The notes below the pieces were generated by a model. That model was given only the letters and a program-made list of their open reading frames with translations, did not search any database and had not been told where the DNA came from. The position numbers and the translations under genes are program-made. This document shows, one piece after another, positions 50,428 to 63,398 of a stretch of DNA of 64,000 bases. This DNA is from Trypanosoma brucei (lineage: Eukaryota), in contig AL929603.2 of NCBI GenBank assembly GCA_000002445.1, positions 1 to 64,000 of the forward strand, given 5' to 3'. The stretch's first letter is position 1, and each line of letters starts with the position of its first letter.

Positions 50428-52205
50428 TTAACTCAACATCATATTTCGAATCATCAGTGATAGAGCTTGGCAACTGTATGATTCGATTCCACCAACATCT
50501 GCCTTCACTCTTACAACCTTTACCAACTTGTCCGTAACTTCATTGTTCTTCCAGGCAGCCGTATGCTCAATAATATCATTATAGGAATATTCACCCGACT
50601 TCTTCATAGTTTCCAACGCATCATGAACTCTTTTCAGACGCCATTCATAACAGCTTAAACCAAATATATATAACGAGGCAAAAGCCCAATTGAATTAATA
50701 CGTCCCTCCACTATTCTCCACTCATCTTCCATTTCCTTCCTCAATTCGTATCTTCTTCTGTTGGATACCTTTTCCCTTGTATGTATTGACAGTTTTTTCC
50801 ATGCCACAAATGCCTTCATGTCACGCACATCATCACAGTTTATAATAATTTGGCGGCCTCCCGTATTTGTAGTCCAGTTACCAAAGTGGGAACTATTCGG
50901 GGAAGTGAAAATAGTTACACTCCAAACATCAGAGGGAAGTTGAGTGTAAAGCTGCTGCATTGCATACCTTATGTCCATAATAATGTGTCCTCTGTTTTCA
51001 AATTTCATTTTATTTATGGCGTTGACCGCAGCTCTCAAATCTTCGTACCGCACAACCCTCCCTCTTTCATCACCCTTTCTGTTATATATTAAGTAGGCGA
51101 TCGTGTCTGTGAAATATGCAACAACATCAAGCATTCCTTCATGGAAGTGAAGCAACGAATGAAGCAAAAATGATCCAAGGCCACATGATTTACCAATACC
51201 AGGTGTACCAATAACAATATGTATCGGTGGTCTGTGAGCTGTCTTTTCCACCCACCATGTTTTCAGATCTTTTTCGACTTTATACCACACGCGCACAATT
51301 TCACGACGGATGTATACGTGCTGAAATACTACTTTGCGCCCCGTAGTGTAATCCAATGCAAACCTGTTGTATGGCCAACCCTTCTCCGAAGTGAGAACGA
51401 AAATCTCCAAACCATCGGGTCTCTCCTCAATCTCTGCATCAACATTGGTAGGATCAGGAGTTATATCCACCTCCGCTTCGGTCCAAATGCTCTGTGGTCT
51501 TCCATCGAACACTTTCATTCCAAGTGGCTCTCTACGATAACCCGACATCACATAACTCCATTTCGCATTATAAATGGAATCATATAATCCTTTCAGTTCG
51601 ACAGCACCACCAGCTGTTTGGGCAGCTCGCTTTTCCGCTCTCTTGGCGGCCGTCACCGCTCCATCCAACCTTCCCCTCGCCATGGGACCAACAAATTCCC
51701 TTATTTCCCCTCTCCCCTTCTCCTCCCACTGACTGAGGTAGTAAATTTCTTTTTCGTCAAGGTAGTCTACCTTCTCAGACAGATCAATAGCTGTCTTCAC
51801 TGTTTTAAACTCATCAGTGCCTTGTATATCCTCAAGAATCTCAGCATCAACAATATATCTTCTGGGATTCTTAACAAACAAAAACATGGCCACATTCTCT
51901 GTGTTATACGTGTTTGAGAAGTATTGATTCAAAAGGTCATGCAATTTCATATTACGCAGAACCTCATACCGTTGCAGCAGCGCATCTTCCAGCAGCACAT
52001 CCCTCACCTTACTATCCATAGTCCAGTTGGGCCCCCCTTCAGTTCTCTGCCGTATTTGTGGAGGCTGAGCGGCAGCAGCAGCAGCAGGAGGAGGAGGCGG
52101 TACATTTTCATCCCGCGGTCTCCTCACGGCTGCTCCAAAATTACCTGCCACTTGTTGGTTTGCATTATTTCCTTGTGGAGCTGCGGGACTATTTGCTCTT
52201 GACAT
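50428..52205 (-). pseudogene. RHS: RHS pseudogene (different N-terminal sub-family). It is C-terminally interrupted by a frameshift or stop and truncated at ~50428.
   Basis: ORF 50655-52205 (516 aa) has the RHS core including GTPGIGKSCGLGSFLLHSLLHF and IINCDDVRDMKAFVAWKKL, but stops at ...PRYIYLV where the other copies continue. ORF 50428-50616 in another frame continues the homology (TAAWKNNEVTDKLVKVVRVKADVGGIESYSCQALSL, cf. SAGWQNDVVTHKLVKIVRVSSGTVNVDSYRCRSLSV). Homology then ends in AT-rich sequence. Confidence 0.75.
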
Positions 52206-53624
52206 AACTCTTTTAATATTATTAACTTAACTTCCTTTCCTTTCCTTTTTTCTCTGAAATTATAAAAAACTGAAGTAAAATAATAGATAAGGAAACAATA
52301 GCGGGTGAACAAAGTAACACAATATCAAATGTAATAGAGCGCGTTAATGTTTACTCACTATTGTTTGTATAATATGATATCATAATGTATTTGGTATTGA
52401 GAAGAACAATTTCAAAATATAGCAGCTGTAAATAAATATTTCCCTTGCTTCATTATTATGTGCTAAATGTAATATATTCCTGTATCATTCTTTTTAAACC
52501 ATGAATAATATGGAAACAAAAAATATTACTGCCTCATATACCTGCATCAACACTTCGTATATATAATCAATATTAAAAGAGAATCAAATTCTATCAATTA
52601 AAATCAAGTAAAACAATAAACAAAAATATATATGGATATTAATGAAACGAAGAAAAAGAGTATCGGAACAACACATAGATATATACACACAGAACTGCAC
52701 AACTGTAAAAATGCTCCTTTATATATCCTCCCCATTTTTACAATACGTAACGTTCACTCGCATTGAATAAATTTATTGAAAATATAAATCACTTATCCCC
52801 TCCCCCGTGTATTCACTTACTTCCAAAGGAGAATATTAAATAATGTCTGTAGGACAGGTAAAAAAAAACTGATAGTCTTTTTGCATCAGATAACCAGAGA
52901 GTATTTCTGTTTACTTTCATAATAAATAAAAACATCATTTTGCCTTCAGTTAAAATAAAATTTAATTACTTGCCTCCTCATTGTTCACAACTATCAACAA
53001 CTAATTCAGCGACACACATTCATATGTATCTGATGTGCCATCGTTGTTTGATGAATTCACACATCTTCCATGATGGTGATGATACAACATATTGTAAATC
53101 ATTGGAATAAAATTAATACAATTAATTGAGGAAACCGTAAAAGATTATCATAACATATCTTTTATTTTCCCTTCCTTTCATTTACACAAATTAAATATGT
53201 AATGATACAATTCACTTTCAGTACGTGTCCACACTTATTGTATCATTATTGTAAGTTATTTTTTGCTCATATACACGAAGCTATTGGAACAACAAAAAAA
53301 TAAAACAACTCATTGAAACAACTTGAAAAAATATATAACAAATAAAGGTAATAGAGAGAATGAGCGTGAACAGACAGATAATAAAATGAAACACGTCTCG
53401 TACTTTCCTTCTAAATATTCAATAGTTGGCGGATTACAAATAAAAACAATTACACATTATAGAAAGGAAGGGATATAATTACATTATACACCTGCATGTG
53501 GATATGTAACAGTAAGTCATAGTAGAAATAAATTGGCTAAACACAATAGTTATGGAAGATAAAATAATTCAAAATATCAATAATATTATTCTATCAACAT
53601 TCCCTTCCTTCCCCATTAAGTTTC

Positions 53625-54245
53625 CAAATGGTTTCAAATAATAATTCACATAATTCCATACATATGTTACGATGGGCATTGCATGCAGTACAATTTAAAG
53701 GAAGTGAAACTCATATAACATTTTCAAAAAAAGGCTTTGAATGGTTGTTTGCTACCATCAATTACATTTCCAATGCCTAATTACACTTTTATATGCGTGA
53801 ATGAAGTTACTGATGATAACTTTGACATGCTCGAGAATTCATAACACAAAGCAGCAGCTGCATGCAATAAAAAATAAAAATATAAATAACATCCGAATTC
53901 ATTTACTGACAGATGAGTGCAATTCATTCACCCAAACTTCATAGCTGTAAACATAAACTCGCTGCTGCCAATAGGAAATGATCCCGCATAAATATTGAGC
54001 ATCTGAAAATGATAGCAACGGGTTTCCATTTTTGAGATATATGCATAAACTACATGAGGTATATGAAGCCATATTGGTAAAGTGTCACTACGCATGTTGC
54101 AATTTACTATCAGAAGTGTCTGCCTTATTTTATTTCTTTTGTTACTGTAACTCATGAGTATCATTCATTATTCTTTACAATACAACTGTAAGTCATTTTG
54201 CATTTTTACATATTTCCTTATTCCCTCATACTGGAAGTATTCCAC
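53625..54245. repeat. ~0.6-kb AT-rich dispersed element, copy 1 (second copy at 63399 to the window end)
   Basis: A near-identical stretch (catatgttacgatgggcattgcatgcagtacaatttaaaggaagtgaaactcatataacattttc ... ccctcatactggaagtattcc) occurs upstream of RHS pseudogene C and upstream of RHS copy B. Confidence 0.8.
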
Positions 54246-57200
54246 ATATAAGATTCCTCAATATCGTTCACAAAATAAAAATAATTTCATTTCCTTCTGT
54301 ATTCAGTTTCTCGTGTAGCAGTGTGTACACTAATCATCCATAAAGTTTTTAATTTGCCAAATACATCATTACGAAACTATTTTCCACAAATAAACAAACA
54401 AACAAATCATTGGGACAATATCTTTGAGATATTTCCTTCACTATATTTGCAGTTCAGTAGTAATTAAAATACACTTTTCTGTATAATTCAACACATGGTG
54501 GAATTGCAAAGAAATGTGATGGTACTTATAATCCATAAGTTCTCAATTTTCCTCATACGGTCTCCTTTCATGCCTTTACATCCTTATATAATTCACAGAG
54601 AATTACTGCAATTTCTTTCATATGCTTTCAGGATTCCATATGTCACAACACAAATAATATATACATTTACACATATATATAATTTGGACATAATATTGCT
54701 TAACATATAAATTATCACAAACCTATGACTTTACACTCCTCCTAAGAATAATAGAATCAAATTATTTCTATTTTGCATCATTACATGAAGCTTCGGAAAA
54801 GGAAAGAAAAAGAATCAAACAAAAGGTAATGTAAACAACACAGTTTCATAATACAGATTATAACTTGTTTGTGAATTTCAGATGCAAACACAAAATGTTC
54901 AAACAGGGAAACAGTAAAGGACGGTACTGGTGATGTAAGCACAAATTAACCAAAAATAGAAACATAAATAAAACTTAAAACTTGTAAAAACACAAATATA
55001 TATGATACAAATATTTACCACATATTATAATTCGCCACCCTCACACTTGAATTATAAAGAGGACATAACACACATATGTGGTAAAACTAATACAACTCGA
55101 ATATACATATGTGACATCTTCTTAACATAATCATTCCAATATTTACTCAGTATGTATGTCTGTGTATCTGTGTGTGTGTAGAAATGATGAAATGTAATTG
55201 TAACAAATCAGGCACAACACAAACAAAAAATATGCATTATATTATTCTCTAAAAAGGAGAAGAATAAAAATCAAGAAATATTACGCAGCTTTTCTCACAA
55301 GTAATTTTGTTTCTGTATATATACATATATACATATATAACACGACAGCTGGCAACATTAAACTCTCAATTCCATAATATCTGACACCTGAAGTGATAAT
55401 TAGCAGCGGATGCCTTTAACAAAAAACAACAGAAATAACAACATCAAAGCATGTTTTGAAAGCTTAAATAAACTTCCTCATGGATAAACCATTTGTACAA
55501 AGTTTGAGTGCCAAGTAGGAGGAACAAAGAAAAATAAAAAAAGAAGAATTAAATGGTAAAACAATTGCGTGTGATATAACTAAAGGATTTGTTAGGCACT
55601 ACACTCATTAAACTCCAGTTTCATAAAAATACTGCAAGGCATAATATTTACTGCTTTACCGGTTATGTGCCTCCAGCAAGCAATAATAAATACTTCGAGT
55701 ATTATTCGATTTCTGATGCTATGAAGTGTGTAATAAATTAGTGCATGAGTAAAATATTCAAATGTTGGTGTTCACTTCAAATTATAACCTCTGCACTATG
55801 AATGTCTCTCGATGTTTATAATTTGAGAGAGCAAAAGTGACGGCGCTACTATTTATTTCTTCCAGTTCATGAATATATAAATATATTTATACATATATAA
55901 TCAGATGTGACATGCAAAAGCGTTTAAACATCAGGCATGAACATCTTTCCATCCATTTAAAGCAAGACGATACAATAAGGTAAGTTTAGGATGAAGTGAA
56001 GGTATCATAATGTTAATATCTTCCTTCAAGCGGAGGATTCAATTTAAATAGGCGTACTTCACAAACAATAGTAAAATAACTGAGAAAACTTATATCACTT
56101 AATCGTTGTTTCCTTCAATTCTTATTTTGAATCGCTCTGTACCGTCACACCTTCAATAAAGTATATAGTGACGCATTTCACACATCCTCCCTAAGCCATC
56201 TCTCATAGTCATTAGCTCTCAACAGCAATAATAACAAATAATGAATAGTTTAGTTCTTACCTTCCCTTTTTTACTATCGACAAGAAAGATATACGAAATA
56301 ATTATCATACTGAATAAACAGTAGGCGTTCCTCATCATCCTACGCAAAATATGAATTGAAACGATAATTTACTAACGAAGCGGAAGTGTCTGAAAGCGTC
56401 TTTAACTCGTCTCCTGTGCGGGGCGAAGAGGGTTGTGTTGTGTGGGCTTTCTAAAAATTTCACTCTCTTGCAGACAGCTGCGTAAATAAACGGGGAGTAC
56501 AGGTGTGTTTAGAGAAAGATAACCGTACAAAATAATACTCTGCACTCCTAAGTCCAAAACCATTCATAATGCAGGCTTTCAAAATACACGACATCATCTC
56601 AACAAATTGTAATTATTTTTTTTGTATAATGTCCTCCAGAAGACAGAACAACAGATGACACAGTGAAATAACACATGACAAACAAGGAATATAACCGCAC
56701 ATCCTCAGCAGTAAATGTTTCAGTTTCTCCTTTTAAAAAAAAAAAGAAAAATAAAACAGTTTCACACGTGTGGCCCAAAAGCTGCATCAGCCAATACGAT
56801 ATCTTGACAGCTTGTCACGCAGTCTTGCCTCAAGAAGAAAATAAATCATTCATCTCTGCTTTCCCTTAATTGATAAATGAGATCCCATGCTGTGTTAACT
56901 CACGTCTCCATTCAAAAAGTTGACTCAACGTTGTGACGAGGCAGTGACCAAAAACAATCCAAATGCAATTCCAAATTTCTTCATATTACGTTTTCAGTTT
57001 TATTACACATTTCCCCAACCATTCCAAGTACTAACAGGAATAATTTGGTTCTATAATAATGCATGTGTTTTCTACAGCTCTTTCATTTTGTTATGATCCG
57101 CACAAAAATTATATATGTGGTTGTTGATTCGTCCTGTCAATCAAAGTAACAATCATAATAATTAATTTTATCGTTTCTTCATTTTTCTATTAGCACATGT

Positions 57201-57400
57201 GCACCTTGGTGAGATCACTTTCACTCATTTGCACTTATTGGTCAACACCATTTAGTTCGTCATTCAACACACTCCCTTACATGTCCTCTTCTCACCATTT
57301 ATAACCCACACGAGCAGCATCAAATATAAATTGTGAAGAGGTATGAGATCACAAGGAGCTCGCTCTCATTGAGAAGGTTGGATGCGTCATATATATATAA

Positions 57401-59172
57401 TCATGTAATCCCTTTCCATTTCAACAATACGCAAACCTCAACTGCGGAATCGACTTTGAATGAGTTGACCTCGTCAGCATGAAACGGAGTCCGCCCAGTG
57501 GCATGAACATTAATCTTATCAGTAAACATGTGTTTGAGGTGTTGGTAATAAATGGGGTCAAAGAAAACATAAGTGCGTATCATCTTCCCCGTTATGCCCG
57601 AGTGGAAAATATACATCATCTCCGTGAAGATAATTGTATCCATGTTGTATCAATTCCTCATCCAGCTCTTCATCCTTATCGGTACCCAAAGGCATTGCCA
57701 TCGCCTAACTTTTTCCGTGAATGCACTCACACCTTTAAGCTAACGAGTTCCAGCAACTTTCCATCTGTCATACGGCTCGGGAATCCATGAGAATTTATGA
57801 TCATATCTGGGCAAATGCCTTTACTCATTGAAGGGCATGTTAACACACCATCAGTCATGAGATCCACTACTCCCTCCAGCCGGTGCCGTGAGGAAAACTT
57901 ATTTCAGACCTCGGGACCGCGAACTTCTCTCGTAGCAACTTTAACTTTATTGTTCTACATCCATTGATATATCCGAGTCACTGGAAGGTGAGAGATGACC
58001 ACATTTGGTCCACAACAGCTGGCTGAGGGTATTTATTATATTCAAGAAAATTAGGTATTGTTTCCTTGAAAGGCACGGGAGTTTATTTGTTTACAAAAAT
58101 ATCAAACTGACGAATAACCGCACCTTTACTACTGGCAATACCATCAATATTAAAGGCATTGTGTCTCGCAACATTTCAATCTGTTGGAAGAATTATATCA
58201 TACATACTCACCGTTGGGAAGTCTTTCCAGTTTCATTTCATGCTTACAAAAAACAACACAACAACCGTAGCCACAATTGAGCGAACTGCGGTTGTACACA
58301 TTTGCGTCTTCAATATTGTAACCTCTATAGCTCATAATGCATACCATCGTATTAATTCCTGCGCCTAATATTTCGTAGTTGCTTAGGTTCATAGCCTTCG
58401 TCCGGCAAAGGGATAGTTGAGAGTAAGCACTCAACATAAGTACTGTGTCCATTTCTAATGTACTGAATATACGCAATGGTTCCAACAGCTTGCTTGCCCG
58501 TGGCTGACTGTAATGTGTTTCGTGCAAATTGATTGTGATGTGGAAAGGAGAATAATGCTAGCGACAACTCCAAGTGAGTCTCGTGTACTGCTCAATGTCT
58601 TTGTGGTGAACTGCTAAAAGACAGTCATTCGCTTCATCATATAAGTCAATGAATTCCACAACAAACCTTCAGCTAAAATATCGTTAATCGAGCACTTGCC
58701 TGAACTCAAGTTATCCAGGCGTTGAGAAATTACAGCGTGTTTCCCGTCGCTAACGAAAACGTACAACCTCACGATCCTTCCGCCAACAAAACAATTTGAA
58801 CACTCTTCTGACGGTCATTTATCGCAATTGAAACGTGTGGATGCAAGCGGCCTGACCTCCTCAGGGTTCGTAATACATCCCGACACAAACGGCTCATGTA
58901 TCGATAAACGCACATCAGCACTTCATTGAGGAAAACTGTGTAGTATTTAAGAAATTCGTTAGGGCTGATATAATCTATTTCCTCCACTCCAATATTGTAC
59001 GCATCCGCATGTAAACAAACAAATTATCCATGTCTAGTGTTACCTGACTAAGAATAGCAAAATTATTAACCAAACAGCAACAACTTTTACCCTCTGGGGT
59101 ATCGCAAGGAGGGATATACACCATTCCCCATTGACTTGAATAGAGAAATAATGATCCGCACATGTGGGTCAA
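57401..59172 (-). pseudogene. Degenerate RNA polymerase second-largest-subunit pseudogene, copy B
   Basis: ORFs 58975-59172 (PEGKSCCCLVNNFAILS), 58769-58987 (VLRTLRRSGRLHPHVSIAINDRQKSVQIV, truncated earlier than in copy A), 58198-58527 (IMSYRGYNIEDA) and 57401-57643 (HSGITGKMIRTYVFFDPIYYQHLKHMFTDKINVHATG). The motif set and order are the same as in copy A. Confidence 0.7.
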
Positions 59173-60265
59173 TACACGAAGTCATGACCACTCCACTGCT
59201 GCCGTTACATATGATCACTGCATGGTTTTTATATCAATGTTGATGATGATATGGGATTTGCTGCTGGAGGCAACCAGAAACATAAGTTTAAGGTTCCCAC
59301 GTGTGGAGAGAGGCCCAACTGCCAACCCTCAACCAGGATAACAGAAGTGATTATAAGGACAGAGAAGACAACATATCATAGCATGTTTACCCACCGACAC
59401 ATAATTGAAGAAAGAAAGAGAGGGAGAGAGAGAGAGAGAGAGGAAAATGGACACAATCACGTCACCAGCTGCGTGTCTGCGAAGAACACCATCAAGAGCT
59501 GCTCCATAACTGCAACCATAACTAACATGTATAATATAATTATAACAGCTCGTATATGAAACAGCACATCCAGTAACTGCTTCTAATGTTTGCATATTTC
59601 ACTCCGTCACAATCTCTCTCCCATGACACCTACTGGAAACACAACTCAGAGGAGTTATAGTTGAGGCATGTTTCCAATACGCCCTCTCCACCACGGATGG
59701 CAAAGAAGCAAAAAGTACTATTACATTTTTGTTCCTTTTATCATTGGCCTATAGATCCCTATCTCTACACGGATGTAAAATTTAGATTGTATAAATGAAA
59801 AGAAGATGTGAAAAGTTAGTGTAGTATAATCCAATTCTTTAGTTAGTAACAGCACAAATGAAAACAAAACGTTACAATGTTTTCCTACGTCCGTCGATAA
59901 CATTATTTCTGTCTTTCTCTGTGCCCCTTAAGATTACGATGTGGCTTAACTCCAGTTACGCGTTAGCCGATAAAATACTACTTTTACTATTCCTTAGTCG
60001 TCTTCATTTCCACTTCCCTTCCCTCACCTCCGGCACTCAAGTGAATTATCACGTCCCTTTCCTTGCAGCAGCTGCGGAAGCTCATTACTGGTGGACAAAC
60101 AACACACTTGAAAAGGCGCAACGGGGCACTTCAAGCTGTGATCATAAACCAAACCAGGTACAAAAACGAACCCGCTCCCCCTAATGGTTGGTTCCCTCCT
60201 CTTTAAGCATTTGTCACTCTTAACAGCAACGCCGTGCACTGCTACAAAAAAACAATTACGCGTCT

Positions 60266-62836
60266 TCATCTCCTTCCACGTCGTCTCATTGCTACGTCAC
60301 CTCGCCCCTCCACAACCTCTTCACGAGCGCGACGCCTTCCCGCCAGTCCCATCAATCCCGGTGCATTTCGCATGCCAGATTCTCGGCGATATGCCCGAAT
60401 TAATTCCGCTTGCATCGTTTCCTTGAGTGTCACTTGGAATTGGTCGATGGATTCCCAAAATGTTTGCGGTCCCAGAGGACCTCCGTCCCCACCTCTAGCT
60501 CTATCGGGAGGTCCTTCGCAAAGTTGCCTGATGGTTATCGTGCCACCGTTAACCGAATTAATGTATATCATCTCCCAAACCATGTCGCGGGAAAACGCAC
60601 CCCAATCAGAAAAATATCTTGCCATGTTTTTTCGGAACTTCTGCACCTTATCCGTAGCGGTGGGGTGCCTGTCCGACTTGGTTACTTGTAAAAGCACAGC
60701 TATATTTGACGGGATCGGTGCCGCTGTTCCGTCACGGTTTCTCCTGAACCGCCCCTCAACGAAAAAAAAGCCATCCACCACGGGTTCATTACCTGTGGCA
60801 GGGAGGTAGAGAACCATGTATTCACAGCGTTCAATTGGTCGCTGTCTGGCCGCAGGTAAGGCCTTCTGCCCAATGAGTCTCAACTGCTGAGAAGCCATGT
60901 CGTTCAGTATGCTTCGACGGTCAGCTATTTCTCCGCCTCGTCGCAGGTATTTCAAGTTGTTTGCGATAACTTTAAAAACTCGAGGGAAAAGAAGCGAAAG
61001 CAACGCAAGCCTTTCAAAAGCGTTGGCCCCAACACACTCGTCTGATAATGTAATCTCCTTTGACGTCATCTCTACAATAAGAATGCCAAATAATGTGCAA
61101 ATCAACATATTCCCAATAGTGACAGAAAGCGATCTGCAACGATATGAATCGACATTGACAGTCCCAGAGCTTACCCGCACTATCTTCACCAATTTGTGCG
61201 TTACCACATCATTTTGCCAGCCCGCAGATTTTCCAATAATCTTACCATATTTCTTTCCGTTATCGCTATCGAGCTGCCTAGCTTCTTTACGCACACTTTC
61301 CAGTCGTTCGTGATACTCAGGGGCTGAGAAAACAAAACGAGGCAATGGACCAACCATGTCAATGCGCTCTTCCACAATTTTCCACTCCTTTTCAAGGTCT
61401 TCCTTCAACTGCTGCTTCGTTTTGTCGCGCGGCGCCTCCTCCGAAAGCACACACAGCTTTTTCCATGCCACAAATGCCTTCATGTCACGTACATCATCGC
61501 AGTTTATAATAACTCTGCGGCTTCTCTTGTCTTTTGCCCAGTGATGAAAATGGGCCTCATCCGGAGAAGTGAGGAGAGTTACACCCCAAGCGTAAACCGG
61601 CAGACCATCGGGTGGCGTCTGCGCATTTCTGCATATGTCAACAATGATGTGCCCTTTTTTTTTCTTGGATACTAACGCAGCTATTGCGTCAACGGCATCT
61701 TCCGGGAATTTATACCTCTCAACCCTCCCCTCTTCTCCGGGTTTCTTGTTATATATTAAATAGGCGATCCCGTCTGTGAAATATGCAACAACATCAAGCA
61801 TTCCATCATTGAAGTGAAGCAATGAATGAAGCAAAAATGATCCAACACCGTATGATTTACCAATACCAGGTGTACCAATAACAATATGTCTCGGTGTTAT
61901 CTCAGCTTTTTCCACCCACCTTCCTTGCAGCCCTCGTTGGATTATATACCACACGCGCATAATTTCACGACGGATATATACATGTTTAAAATTTTCCCCG
62001 CACATCTCAGTGTGGCCCAATGCAAACCTGTCGTATGGCCAACCTTCCTCCGAAGTGAGAACAAAAATCTCCAAACCATAAGGTCTCTCCGGCACTCGTG
62101 CATCAAGATTCGCAGGATCAGGATTTATATCCACCTCCGCTTCGGTCCATATGCGCTGTGGTTTTCCATCGAATACTCTCATTCCAAGTGGCTCTCTACG
62201 ATAACCCGACATCACATAACTCCATTTCGCATTATAAATGGAATCATACACTCCTTTAATTTCGACAGCACTAGCAGCTGTTTGGGCAGCTCGTTCCAAT
62301 GCTACATTGAGTGCATTATTCAGTAGCGCATTGACAACAATCCAAAGGCGCTCTCCATCTCTCAGTCCACGAATATCCGCCTGTAACCTGACCTTTGCTT
62401 CCTCATCTGCTTGTTGCCACTGCTGAAGATCCAATATTCCCTCATCCTCAAAGAAACCATAGACGCTGACAAAACGTTTGTACACTTTATACTCTGGTGT
62501 CGCGAATATTCGATTGAGCGCATTAACGTCATTAATATACTCTTCGCATCGTTGTACAAAGGCAAACATTGATGCTCTCAGGAGACGTTGATCCAAGTCC
62601 ATATCATCGAGTAAATTACGCCTCAAAAAATCATTTACACTCACATTTTCAGGATGAACCCGACCTTCCAGCAAAACTGCGTCAATGCGGCTAAAAAGTC
62701 TCCATTGTGGTTGGTTATTATTCTCCACTCGTTGCTGCACTGCTGGAGGTTCCGCATCGTTACGCGCAGCCTCCTCATTTTCTCGTCTCCTTCCCTCAAT
62801 GTCACCCCTTCCTTCAATAGGAAATTGTTGATTCAT
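60266..62836 (-). CDS. RHS: Retrotransposon hot spot (RHS) protein, 856 aa, apparently full length and uninterrupted
   Basis: Long ORF with the RHS core (VYDSIYNAKWSYVMSGYRREPLGMRVFDGKPQRIWTEAEVD...IVIGTPGIGKSYGVGSFLLHSLLHF...INCDDVRDMKAFVAWKKL...), an Arg-rich C-terminus, and no ingi/RIME interruption. Its 5' flank is shared with copy A. Confidence 0.8.
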   Translation of the reverse strand: MNQQFPIEGRGDIEGRRRENEEAARNDAEPPAVQQRVENNNQPQWRLFSRIDAVLLEGRVHPENVSVNDFLRRNLLDDMDLDQRLLRASMFAFVQRCEEYINDVNALNRIFATPEYKVYKRFVSVYGFFEDEGILDLQQWQQADEEAKVRLQADIRGLRDGERLWIVVNALLNNALNVALERAAQTAASAVEIKGVYDSIYNAKWSYVMSGYRREPLGMRVFDGKPQRIWTEAEVDINPDPANLDARVPERPYGLEIFVLTSEEGWPYDRFALGHTEMCGENFKHVYIRREIMRVWYIIQRGLQGRWVEKAEITPRHIVIGTPGIGKSYGVGSFLLHSLLHFNDGMLDVVAYFTDGIAYLIYNKKPGEEGRVERYKFPEDAVDAIAALVSKKKKGHIIVDICRNAQTPPDGLPVYAWGVTLLTSPDEAHFHHWAKDKRSRRVIINCDDVRDMKAFVAWKKLCVLSEEAPRDKTKQQLKEDLEKEWKIVEERIDMVGPLPRFVFSAPEYHERLESVRKEARQLDSDNGKKYGKIIGKSAGWQNDVVTHKLVKIVRVSSGTVNVDSYRCRSLSVTIGNMLICTLFGILIVEMTSKEITLSDECVGANAFERLALLSLLFPRVFKVIANNLKYLRRGGEIADRRSILNDMASQQLRLIGQKALPAARQRPIERCEYMVLYLPATGNEPVVDGFFFVEGRFRRNRDGTAAPIPSNIAVLLQVTKSDRHPTATDKVQKFRKNMARYFSDWGAFSRDMVWEMIYINSVNGGTITIRQLCEGPPDRARGGDGGPLGPQTFWESIDQFQVTLKETMQAELIRAYRRESGMRNAPGLMGLAGRRRAREEVVEGRGDVAMRRRGRR

Positions 62837-63398
62837 TTCACTCTCTGAATAATAATCTTAATTGAGTGCGTTGTGTTATTTCCTTTCTTTGTAACATAAA
62901 TTTTAAAAAAGGGATAAAAGATGAGAGAATTTAAAATAGATACATTACTAAACCAAAGCAAATATAAAATCAATGAATATCAGGAATTAATATGGCAGGT
63001 GGAAACTATTTATTGAAATTAGGATTCAATACAAATCTTATCATGTGTTTAGAACTCACAGCAACTTAAGCACAAATAAGGTATGACAGTATGAATAAAC
63101 ATTTCTCTTGGGAGGAAAAACTCAAACAACAATTCCCATTCAGCTACTGCACACAATCATTCCAGAAAAAAAAAATATACTTATATATATATATTTATGA
63201 AAAAGCAAAAAAAAATGTGGCATTGCCATAAAAAACAGCATATAATAGGTTTAGTGATAAATCATGCAAAACGTAGAATACTCGGGTGCATACAGAAAAG
63301 TGCCTTACTTACCTTACAAAATTAAAAATATACCAAAAGTAAAAATAAATATAAAACATTATCTTCACAATTCAAACCAGACACGTATTAAGCAAGAG

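Larger units (their letters stand above)
57279..63284. repeat. Segmental duplication copy B (~6.0 kb) containing an RPB2-like pseudogene, the full-length RHS gene and the RHS 5' flank
   Basis: Near-identical to 41901-47439 (see copy A). Confidence 0.9.

Noticed and set aside
60024-60269. ORFs 59858-60184 (+) and 60024-60269 (-) at the 3' end of RHS-B
   Set aside because: They are short, mutually overlapping and without motifs. They lie in the RHS 3' flank shared with copy A, where the homologous ORFs differ, so they are likely non-coding.
44892-62326. Plus-strand ORFs antisense to the RHS genes (45499-45933, 46578-46847, 51219-51587, 60234-60809, 61886-62326)
   Set aside because: They are embedded antisense within strongly supported RHS reading frames. 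Parts are conserved between copies only because the sense gene is conserved.
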